NCBI GenBank assembly: GCA_965237675.1
Contig: OZ250150.1
Coordinates: 3,456,001 to 3,520,000, forward strand
Source of the DNA: Candidatus Latescibacterota bacterium
GTDB lineage: Bacteria > Latescibacterota > UBA2968 > GCA-2709665
Direction of reading: 5' to 3'
Length of the DNA: 64,000 nucleotides
Position 1 is the first letter of the stretch. Every line of letters begins with the position of its first letter. The translations under genes were made by a program, and so were the position numbers. Positions 32,632-41,413 of the stretch are shown piece after piece. The notes beneath the pieces were generated by a model. The model had not been told where the DNA came from, did not search any database, and worked only from the letters and a program-made list of their open reading frames with translations.

Positions 32632-35319
32632 ATGGGAGAACAGGCCTTGCTCGAAAAAAAGTACGATCCAGGGTCGGTTGAAAAGACCTGGTACGCCTTC
32701 TGGGAGAAGAAGGGGTATTTCCGGCCGGAATATCGGGCCTGCGGAAGGCCGTATTCCATCACGATTCCACCGCCAAATGTCACTGGAGAGCTTCACATGG
32801 GGCACGCGCTTCAGCATGCAATTCATGATGCGGTGGTGCGGTGGAAGCGAATGCAGGGGCACCGGACGCTCTGCCTGCCCGGTACCGACCACGCCGGCAT
32901 TGCCACCCAGATGAAGGTTGAGCAGCAGCTTTTTGAGGAGGAAGGGAAGGGACGACACGATATTGGCCGGGAGGAGATGTTAAAACGGATCGGTGTCTGG
33001 AAACAAAAATACGGGGGAACCATTCTGAACCAGCTCCGGGAAATGGGTTGCAGCTACGATTGGGATCGGGAGCGGTTCACCATGGACCGTGGGTACGCCC
33101 GGGCGGTTTTGTCGGCCTTTGTGAGATTTTATGAAAAGGGATGGATCTACCGCGGTAAGCGGATGGTAAATTGGTGTCCGCGGTGCGGCACGGTCATTTC
33201 GGACCTGGAGGTGGAGGAGCGGGAACACGAGGGACATCTGTGGCATATTAGGTATCCGGGTCTGGAGGGTGCGCCGGACGTGGTGGTAGCCACGACGCGC
33301 CCTGAGACGATGTTGGGAGATACGGGTGTGGCGGTACATCCCGAAGACCCGCGCTGGCAGCGGGCGATTGGCCGCCGTGTCATGTTGCCGCTGATGGAGC
33401 GGTCGATCCCGATTGTGGCCGATCGGTACGCGAATCCAGAGATGGGTAGCGGTGCGGTAAAGGTGACGCCCGCGCACGACCCCAATGACTACGAAATCGG
33501 GTTGCGGCACGGGTTGCCGGAGATCCAGGTCATTGGATTCAACGGAGAGATGAACCACGAGACCGGTTCGTTTAGCGGCATGGACCGGTTCGCCTGCCGA
33601 GACGCGGTGATTGCGGCCCTGAAGGAATCGGGACTTCTAGAGCGAATCGAGGATTACGAACATATGGTGCCGCACCACGACAAGTGTGGCACTCCCATCG
33701 AGCCACTGCCGATGGATCAGTGGTTTCTGGCCATGAGGTCCCTTGCGGATCAGGCTCTGCCCGCTTTGAGGAAGCAGCAGATCAGATACGTACCCGATCG
33801 GTTTCGTGAATATTCCGTTGAGTGGCTGGAAAACATCCAGGACTGGTGCATCTCCCGTCAGATCTGGTGGGGACATCGGATCCCTGTGTGGACCTGTGCC
33901 GGCTGCGGAGAAATGCTTGTTCAGGTGGATGCACCCGTACGCTGCAATGCGTGCGGCAACGAAGCACTTGTGCAGGATCCGGACGTGCTAGACACATGGT
34001 TTTCGTCAGCTCTGTGGCCCTTCGCCACCCTCGGATGGCCGGAACCGGCAGAGGACCTGAAGGTGTTCCATCCAACCGATCTGATGATAACGGGCAGGGA
34101 TATTCTCTTCCTTTGGGTGGCACGGATGATCATGACGGCAGCGGAGTTTGTGGATGAGATTCCGTTCGGAACGGTATTTGTGCATCCGACCGTCCAGACG
34201 CGCGACGGGAAACGGATGAGTAAATCGCTGGGTACCGGGATCGATCCGAGGGAATTGATCGAACGGTACGGCGCGGATGCAACCCGTCTGTCGTTGCTTT
34301 ACCAGTGCGGCAGTTCACAGGACATTCGTTTCGACGCCGACGTCGTGGACAACCATATTCAGGATTCTCCTATAACAGAGTCCTGCAGAAATTTCTGCAA
34401 CAAGATCTGGAATGCGGCCCGATTTGTACAGATGAACCTTGATGAGGACGCCTTGAGATGCACAACGCCTCCGCCAGTGGCGCCTGGAGATCCGGCTGAT
34501 CGATGGATACTCAGCCAGTATAATCGGACGGTTCGCGCCGTGACGGAATCTCTTGAGGCGTATCGTTTTGACGAGGCATCCAAGACCCTTTACGAATTCG
34601 TATGGAACACATTCTGCGACTGGTACCTGGAGATCGCCAAAGTGCGGTTGAGTGACAATGACCGGGACGAAAGAGATAACGCACGGAGCACGCTGGTTCA
34701 TGTGCTGGAGGGCGCCCTGCGTTTACTTCATCCGATGGCGCCGTTTATCTCCGAGGCGCTGTGGCAACGGCTTCCTCACTCTGGAGACGCACTGATTGTT
34801 GCGAAATGGCCGGAGGTGAACTCGGAACGATTCGACGAGACCGCGGAGCGCGAGATGGCACTTCTGCACGAGGTAGTGGGTGCGGTAAGGAATATTCGCG
34901 GGACGATGCGGGTGCCGCCCGGCAAACGCGCGGATGTACTCCTGAAGGTGAATTCGGCCGAAATCGGGGAGATTCTGACCCGATTCGAGGTCTATCTTCG
35001 CGCACTCGCCAGGGTTGCGGAACTTCGGATCGGTACGGATATCACCCGTCTGCCGGCATCTGCCAGCGCCGTGTTGAGGGATGTCGAGATCTTCGTGCCT
35101 TTGCACGGTCTGATCGATCTCGACGTGGAGCGCCGCCGTCTGCGGAAGGAAATCGAGAAGCTGGAGGCGTTGCTGGGCGGGCTGGATAAGAAGCTCGATA
35201 ACGCTGGATTCCTGAATAATGCGCCTGCGGAGGTGGTCTCCCGGGAGAGGGGGCGTCACGCACAGTACCTGAATGCACTTGGCCGGTTGAACGACAATCT
35301 TGCCGCGGTGTTGTCCTGA
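32632..35319 (+). CDS. valS: Valine--tRNA ligase
   Basis: PPPNVTGELHMGH, GTDHAGIATQ, WCISRQIWWGH, DVLDTWFSS, RMSKS, C-terminal coiled coil. Confidence 0.98.
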   Translation: MGEQALLEKKYDPGSVEKTWYAFWEKKGYFRPEYRACGRPYSITIPPPNVTGELHMGHALQHAIHDAVVRWKRMQGHRTLCLPGTDHAGIATQMKVEQQLFEEEGKGRHDIGREEMLKRIGVWKQKYGGTILNQLREMGCSYDWDRERFTMDRGYARAVLSAFVRFYEKGWIYRGKRMVNWCPRCGTVISDLEVEEREHEGHLWHIRYPGLEGAPDVVVATTRPETMLGDTGVAVHPEDPRWQRAIGRRVMLPLMERSIPIVADRYANPEMGSGAVKVTPAHDPNDYEIGLRHGLPEIQVIGFNGEMNHETGSFSGMDRFACRDAVIAALKESGLLERIEDYEHMVPHHDKCGTPIEPLPMDQWFLAMRSLADQALPALRKQQIRYVPDRFREYSVEWLENIQDWCISRQIWWGHRIPVWTCAGCGEMLVQVDAPVRCNACGNEALVQDPDVLDTWFSSALWPFATLGWPEPAEDLKVFHPTDLMITGRDILFLWVARMIMTAAEFVDEIPFGTVFVHPTVQTRDGKRMSKSLGTGIDPRELIERYGADATRLSLLYQCGSSQDIRFDADVVDNHIQDSPITESCRNFCNKIWNAARFVQMNLDEDALRCTTPPPVAPGDPADRWILSQYNRTVRAVTESLEAYRFDEASKTLYEFVWNTFCDWYLEIAKVRLSDNDRDERDNARSTLVHVLEGALRLLHPMAPFISEALWQRLPHSGDALIVAKWPEVNSERFDETAEREMALLHEVVGAVRNIRGTMRVPPGKRADVLLKVNSAEIGEILTRFEVYLRALARVAELRIGTDITRLPASASAVLRDVEIFVPLHGLIDLDVERRRLRKEIEKLEALLGGLDKKLDNAGFLNNAPAEVVSRERGRHAQYLNALGRLNDNLAAVLS

Positions 35320-35459
35320 AGCCCGCGACCATTAACGCGGATGAGCCGCCTGGTTCGATCCAACACGAGATTCCGGGTCAAACCGCGGCTGAGGTAAGAA
35401 TACCTGGATGTCGGTCCGGCTTGTCAGAGTTCGACTGATTTATATCGGAAGACCGTGAG

Positions 35460-37613
35460 ATGTTGAGAATCTATGTACGGCGGATTCTGCTCTATTGTGG
35501 GATCTGTGTCCTGGTGTACGCGGGCATCGTCGGGGCGGTGGTGCTTCGATTCAAAGATGAGCTGCCTTCATTTTCACAACTGGAGGAGGTGGAGCCCGCG
35601 CGAACCACCAGCATCATTTCCGCCGACGGCGTGGTGCTGAAGCGGTTCTGGGTCGAAAATCGGGTGCCGATTACCTACGGCCAGATTCCGGAGGCGGCGA
35701 TTTGGGCTCTGACCGCCACGGAGGATCAGCTCTTCTGGCGGCATTGGGGTGTGAGCCTTCCCGATATCGTCCGTGCGGTATTGCGCAACGTGTTGGAGGA
35801 AGGAAGTCTGAAGGGACACGGGGCCAGTACGATTACGCAGCAACTCGCCCGAAATCTGTTTCTGGATCAGAAACAGACGTGGACCCGGAAGGTGAAGGAG
35901 CAGTTGACAGCCGTGCTGCTGGAGCGGACGTATACGAAACGGGAAATTATCGAGATATATTTCAACAAGGTTTTGTTCGGCAATGGCGCATACGGCATTC
36001 AGTCCGCGGCAGAGCGGTTTTACGGCAAGGACGCCAAGGAATTGACGCTGGACGAATGCGCGCTGCTGGTAGGACTGCTCAAAGGACCCTATTTCTACTC
36101 ACCCATCAATCATCCCCGCCGGGCTCGAGATCGGCGTGACTTGGTACTTCGTTTAATGCGCAGCACGGGCGGAATCACTCATGCGCAATACCTTTCAGCC
36201 ACGCGGCGACCCATTGTCTTAAAGGATACCCAGGTTGAAGAGATCGGTGAAGCGCCGTATTTCACGGAGTACATTCGTCGTTACCTCGAGAAAAATTACG
36301 GTTGGAATCTGTTGTACAAAGACGGCGCATCGGTGTATTCGACCGTAGACAGCCGTATCCAGTCAATTGCAGAGGAGACACTCCTGAAGCACCTGGAGAC
36401 GGTGCAGAAAAGGGTGGCGGCGAAACGACGGTGGAATCCGCCGGATTCGACGTTTTGGGCTGGCATCAGCACCCTGGAAGACTCGCTGAGGGCCACGGTG
36501 GTGCAGGGTGCGCTGGTTGCACTGGACACGCATACAGGACACATTCTGGCCATGGTCGGTGGCCGGGATTTCAAACAGAGCAAGTTCAATCGGGCAGTTC
36601 AAGCGCTACGCCAGCCAGGATCGGCATTTAAACCGTTCATCTATGCGTCGGCGATCGCGCAAAAGATCCCATCCACGCGTCGGTATCCGGATACGGCCGT
36701 TTCGGTCGAGATGTACGACGGCAGCCTGTGGCGACCGCAAAACTACGATCGCAAATTTCTCGGCTGGATGACGATGCGGGAAGGCCTTGCCATGTCCCGG
36801 AATGTCGTGTCGACCAAAATTCTCGAGGAGGTCGGGCCCCGAACTGCGGTTCGCCTGTCGAAACGCATGGGAATTTCCAGCAGGATCCGGGCCGTGAAGT
36901 CCCTTGGAATGGGTACAAGTGAAGTGAAATTGATCGACCTGGTAGCCGCGTACGGGACGTTTCCCAACGGCGGTATCCGTGTGGATCCGGTTGCGATTCT
37001 GAAGATCACGGACAAGGACGGAAACGTTGTCGAAAGCCGGGTTCAGGGCAAGGAACACGAAGCGCTCAGTGCGGAAGCGGCCGCCGTCGTGACAAGCATG
37101 CTCCGGTCCGTTATGGATATGCGCAAGCAGACCCCGAAGGGAGTCTGGCGCGGCACCGGTTCAAGCGCCCGATCGGCACATGGGTTCCGGCGACCGGCGG
37201 CGGGAAAGACCGGTACCACTCAGAACTTCGCGGACACGTGGTTTGTGGGCTTCACGCCCCGGATCGTGGCGGGCGTCTGGATCGGGTTCGACGACTATCG
37301 TGTCTCTCTGGGAAGCGGGATGTCGGGTGCGGCCGTGGCGCTGCCGGTGTGGGCGAGATTTATGAAAAAGTTACACGAAACACTCGATTTGCCAGAGGAA
37401 GAATTTGAACTGCCTCCAGGCGTCGCCCAGTTGGAAGTGTGCGGCGACACGTTTGAGGTGGCGTCCATCTATTGTCCCAGTCGATTGGACGAAGTGTTTG
37501 TGCCGGGAGCTGAGCCGACATCTCCCTGTCCCATCCATACGGCGGCCGTCGTCCGGCATCCTGACCTGAAGAAACAGGATCGCGAGAACGCGAATCGAGC
37601 GTATCAGTTCTAG
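35460..37613 (+). CDS. Class A penicillin-binding protein (PBP1A family)
   Basis: N-terminal TM, TED..HWG, GASTITQQLARN, SAFK, SRN, GKTGT. Confidence 0.95.
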   Translation: MLRIYVRRILLYCGICVLVYAGIVGAVVLRFKDELPSFSQLEEVEPARTTSIISADGVVLKRFWVENRVPITYGQIPEAAIWALTATEDQLFWRHWGVSLPDIVRAVLRNVLEEGSLKGHGASTITQQLARNLFLDQKQTWTRKVKEQLTAVLLERTYTKREIIEIYFNKVLFGNGAYGIQSAAERFYGKDAKELTLDECALLVGLLKGPYFYSPINHPRRARDRRDLVLRLMRSTGGITHAQYLSATRRPIVLKDTQVEEIGEAPYFTEYIRRYLEKNYGWNLLYKDGASVYSTVDSRIQSIAEETLLKHLETVQKRVAAKRRWNPPDSTFWAGISTLEDSLRATVVQGALVALDTHTGHILAMVGGRDFKQSKFNRAVQALRQPGSAFKPFIYASAIAQKIPSTRRYPDTAVSVEMYDGSLWRPQNYDRKFLGWMTMREGLAMSRNVVSTKILEEVGPRTAVRLSKRMGISSRIRAVKSLGMGTSEVKLIDLVAAYGTFPNGGIRVDPVAILKITDKDGNVVESRVQGKEHEALSAEAAAVVTSMLRSVMDMRKQTPKGVWRGTGSSARSAHGFRRPAAGKTGTTQNFADTWFVGFTPRIVAGVWIGFDDYRVSLGSGMSGAAVALPVWARFMKKLHETLDLPEEEFELPPGVAQLEVCGDTFEVASIYCPSRLDEVFVPGAEPTSPCPIHTAAVVRHPDLKKQDRENANRAYQF

Positions 37614-37646
37614 TTTCCTGGCCCGTAAAAACAGGATACGAATAGA

Positions 37647-37687
37647 TAAAAATTAAACCCGGCGAACATCGCCGGGTTTAATTTTTA
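37647..37687. terminator. Bidirectional intrinsic terminator between convergent PBP1A and secDF
   Basis: TAAAAATTAAACCCGGCGA-ACA-TCGCCGGGTTTAATTTTTA, 19-bp perfect arms with A/T tails. Confidence 0.9.
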
Positions 37688-37703
37688 GGTTCAGACTGCC
37701 GTC

Positions 37704-40256
37704 TTATGCGCGCGCGCGGCGGGACCCAACAACTGCGGTCTCTTTCCGGCGGTCGACCGCATTCTGCCATATAAGTACCAAGGGACTGGCCACGAATGAG
37801 GAAGAATAGGTGCCTACGATCACTCCGATCATCAGAGCAAAAGCGAAATCGCGAATGACCTCCCCGCCGAGGAGAAGCAATCCCAGGACAACGAGCAGTG
37901 TCGTACCTGAGGTGAGAACCGTACGGTTAAGGCATTCGTTGATGCTCCGGTTGATGACCTCGGCAGAACTGTCTCGCCGGTAGAGCTTTCGATTTTCGCG
38001 GATGCGATCGTAGACCACGATGGTATCGTTCAGGGAATAGCCAACGATTGTAAGCAATGCGGCGACGATGGCCAGGGAAATCTCTTTGTCCATCAGGGAA
38101 AAAGCGCCCAAAGTGAGCAGCACGTCGTGGAACAGCGCCACGACCGCGGCGATACCGAACTGGATCTGCTTGAAACGCCACCAGATGTAAAAGACGATCA
38201 GGATCAGGGAGACGATTATTGCGTGGATGGCGTTTTGTTTAAGTTCGCTGCCGATCTTTGGTCCAACCGCCTCCTGGCGCCTTAACCACTGCGTCGGATC
38301 GGGAATGCTGGACGCGAATTTTGTCTTGAGCGTGTTGTTTATGGCGTCGGCGGTGACTGTCCCTTCTGCTTCTTCCTCCACGCGAATCAGAATATCGGAA
38401 GCCGGACCGAAAACTTTGATTTCGCTGTGTCTCAGGTCGCGTTTTTTGCCCTTCACGTCGACGTCTTGAAGGGCATCGCGCAGGTCTGCGACCTCAACTG
38501 GAGGATCGAAGTGTAACTCCAACAGGGTGCCGCCTGCGAAGTCTATGCCGAGGTTGTAGCCTCCCTTGGTGACCGTGGAACCGAGACCAATCAGGATAAG
38601 CAGCGCCGAAAGCACGAACGCTGGTTTGCGCAGGCCCAGGAAGTCAAAAGATGGACGCCGGAAGATGGTTAGTCTGCCGATACTGATGGAAGTGAGTTGC
38701 CAGCGATTGATTGCGATTCTGAAGAGGGTCCGTGTGACGAATAGTGCCGTGTACATACTGCAGAGAATCCCGACCATGAGCGTAAGTGCGAAGCCGCGGA
38801 TGGGACCCGTACCGAACTGATAGAGTACAACGGCGGTGATAACGGTGGTGATGTTGGCGTCGACGATGGTGAGTAGCGCTTTGCCGTACCCGTCTTCAAC
38901 GGCGACGCGGGGGGTCTTGCCGTTGCGCAACTCTTCGCGGATTCGCTCGAAGATGAGCACGTTGGCGTCGACGGCCATTCCGATCGTGAGAATAATACCG
39001 GCAATTCCCGGCAAGGTGAGGGTGCCGCCGAATCCGGCCAGGATGGCCACCACAAACAGGAGATTCAGAACCAGGGCAAGGTTGGCCACGACGCCGGAAA
39101 GGCCGTAGTAGAGAACCATAAAGGCCATGACCACGGCCAAACCGATCAGGGCGGCCTTTCGGCTCTGTTCAATGGAGTCTCGTCCGAGCGACGGGCCAAC
39201 GGTTCGGTCTTCTACAATCGGCGCGTTTGCCGGCAAGGCCCCCGCCCGAAGAACAATGGCCAGGTCTTTCGCCTCCTCAAGGTCGCCACTGCCTTCAATA
39301 ATGGACCGTCCATCACGAATTTTGGCGCGAATGGTAGGCGCTGAGTAAACCTGATCATCGAGAATGATGGCCATGCGTTCGTCGAGGTGGGCACCGGTGA
39401 CGCGGGAGAAGCGTTTGATGCCGTCGTTTGTTGTGGTAAAGTTGATAATGGACTGCCCTGCATTTTCAAAACTCTGACCCTTGGTAACCTTGGCGTCCTG
39501 AACGATGTCGCCGGTCATTTCGATGCGCTTGTAAAGATAATAGAGTCGCCGGTATTTCTGACCATCGCCGAATTCTTCCACTTCGTTTCCCCAGAGGAAC
39601 TCGGAATCGTCCGGAATGAGCTCCCGGATTTCCTGATCTTCGAACATGATGGCTCTTACGGTCTGTATCCTGTCGGCAGGAACGATCAGATCTTCGCCCA
39701 GGGAGAGCACATATCGTTTTATCGAGGGTTTTTCTTCGACGGCTTCCTCTTCAAAGAGGCTGGCGGCATCCTTTATTGTTGGGTCTTCTGCCGCCCTTGC
39801 CGCCAGTCGCGTTTCTATTTTGTCGAGTATGGCGAGGCGGTCGGTTACCGGCGCGAGGATTTTGAATTCGAGGCGCGCCTGCGTCTGTATGAGATTCTTG
39901 GCACGCTCCACATTCTGCACGCCAGGAAGCTCGACCACAATGCGCCATTCTCCTTCGCGATGGATAATGGGTTCGGCCACACCGAACTGATCGACCCGGT
40001 TCGTGATGATTTCTTTTACGCGGTCCACAACATCCGCCCGTTCGTCTTCGGAAAGGCCGGTCGGATCCACCTCAAGAACCAGGTGGATGCCGCCCTGGAG
40101 ATCCAGCCCCAGGTTGACGGCTTCCCGTTTGACGGCTGAGAGTTTGTCGGGATCCGTCGGCGGGTCGAAATAATACCGGTACGTGGGAAAAAGGTAATAC
40201 AACGCGAGCACGATCGTAGCGAGGATAATCAGGACGCGAAGGTTATCTCTTTTCAT
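37704..40256 (-). CDS. secDF: Protein translocase fused SecDF
   Basis: LGLDLQGG, VGPSLG, TLPGIAG..GMAVDANVLIFERIREE, LGIDFAGG, GYSLNDTIVVYDRIRE. Confidence 0.97.
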   Translation of the reverse strand: MKRDNLRVLIILATIVLALYYLFPTYRYYFDPPTDPDKLSAVKREAVNLGLDLQGGIHLVLEVDPTGLSEDERADVVDRVKEIITNRVDQFGVAEPIIHREGEWRIVVELPGVQNVERAKNLIQTQARLEFKILAPVTDRLAILDKIETRLAARAAEDPTIKDAASLFEEEAVEEKPSIKRYVLSLGEDLIVPADRIQTVRAIMFEDQEIRELIPDDSEFLWGNEVEEFGDGQKYRRLYYLYKRIEMTGDIVQDAKVTKGQSFENAGQSIINFTTTNDGIKRFSRVTGAHLDERMAIILDDQVYSAPTIRAKIRDGRSIIEGSGDLEEAKDLAIVLRAGALPANAPIVEDRTVGPSLGRDSIEQSRKAALIGLAVVMAFMVLYYGLSGVVANLALVLNLLFVVAILAGFGGTLTLPGIAGIILTIGMAVDANVLIFERIREELRNGKTPRVAVEDGYGKALLTIVDANITTVITAVVLYQFGTGPIRGFALTLMVGILCSMYTALFVTRTLFRIAINRWQLTSISIGRLTIFRRPSFDFLGLRKPAFVLSALLILIGLGSTVTKGGYNLGIDFAGGTLLELHFDPPVEVADLRDALQDVDVKGKKRDLRHSEIKVFGPASDILIRVEEEAEGTVTADAINNTLKTKFASSIPDPTQWLRRQEAVGPKIGSELKQNAIHAIIVSLILIVFYIWWRFKQIQFGIAAVVALFHDVLLTLGAFSLMDKEISLAIVAALLTIVGYSLNDTIVVYDRIRENRKLYRRDSSAEVINRSINECLNRTVLTSGTTLLVVLGLLLLGGEVIRDFAFALMIGVIVGTYSSSFVASPLVLIWQNAVDRRKETAVVGSRRARA

Positions 40257-40342
40257 TGTTGAGTTTTGACTCCTGTGAACACGATGGATCCGGGATCGGG
40301 ATGGCGTCGGGCGCCGAATGCTGTTCTTGAGGCCCTGTCGGC

Positions 40343-41308
40343 CTACTTCTGCCGATCAACCACATGTCTCACCGCGAGTTCCAGCGCATCTCGCGCTTCC
40401 GACGTTTTCAGTTCGGACAGACGCTTCAGTCCGGAGGAGGCGTACTGCCGTGCTTCCTGGCGGGCGGCTTCGATGCCCTGGTAACGCCGTACGAAGCGGA
40501 AGACTTCCTGGAGGTCGGCATCGGACTCAATGCCGTTCCGCACCTTTGCCTGTATCTGTTCGGCATCGCCGTTGGGGCAATTGGCCAGTGCGCGAATCAG
40601 CGGTAACGTCAGTTTCTTTTCGCGCACGTCGCTGCCCACCGGCTTGCCCAGGGATTCTTCGTCGCCAATAAAGTCCAGCAAATCGTCGGTTATCTGGAAG
40701 GCGATTCCCACTTCTTTTCCGAATGTGGACATCCGTGAGACCTGCTCGGTTGTGCCGCCCCCCAAAATAGCGCCAACCTCGCATGCCAGGGCCATCAACG
40801 ACGCGGTCTTCTTGCCGATCATGTTGAAATAGCGCGTGGCCTCGGCATCGTTTCCGCTTTCGACCTCTAGAATTTCCCCCTCAATCATCCGGCTGACGGC
40901 GCGCGTGGCGGCTCGCATCACGTCCATGGAGTCGAGGCCGACCAGAAGTTGCAAAGCCCTGGCCAGCAGGAAGTCTCCCATAAGGACTGCTGCTTTGTTG
41001 CCCCATTTGAGGTTGAGCACCTCAGCGCCCCGGCGTTTGTCGGCATGATCGATAACATCGTCGTGGATAAGCGTCGCTGTGTGGATGACTTCAATTCCGG
41101 CCGCAGCGTCCACAACCCTGTCGGAACATTCTCCGATGGCCTGTGCGGTAAGCAGAGAGAGAGCCGGACGAATGATTTTGCCCCGCGTCGTAAGAATATG
41201 GCTGCCCATGGCCTGAACCAGATTGACGTCGGAGGCCAGCGTCTCTGTGAAACGCTTTTCAAAACGCTCGATCTTGGGTTGTATGGGCTGAAGAATTTGA
41301 TCTAACAT
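40343..41308 (-). CDS. Polyprenyl diphosphate synthase (IspB/HepT-like)
   Basis: GKIIRP, LIHDDVID..RRG, KTASL, FQITDDLLD, GKPVGSD. Confidence 0.93.
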   Translation of the reverse strand: MLDQILQPIQPKIERFEKRFTETLASDVNLVQAMGSHILTTRGKIIRPALSLLTAQAIGECSDRVVDAAAGIEVIHTATLIHDDVIDHADKRRGAEVLNLKWGNKAAVLMGDFLLARALQLLVGLDSMDVMRAATRAVSRMIEGEILEVESGNDAEATRYFNMIGKKTASLMALACEVGAILGGGTTEQVSRMSTFGKEVGIAFQITDDLLDFIGDEESLGKPVGSDVREKKLTLPLIRALANCPNGDAEQIQAKVRNGIESDADLQEVFRFVRRYQGIEAARQEARQYASSGLKRLSELKTSEARDALELAVRHVVDRQK

Positions 41309-41413
41309 AGTGTATTGGGACGGCCGTCTGCCAGGTGGCGGGTCAAACCCTTCGATACCGCGGTTTCAATATTGGAATAAGACCTTCCAACGTAACAAAA
41401 ACGAGTGTGCTTG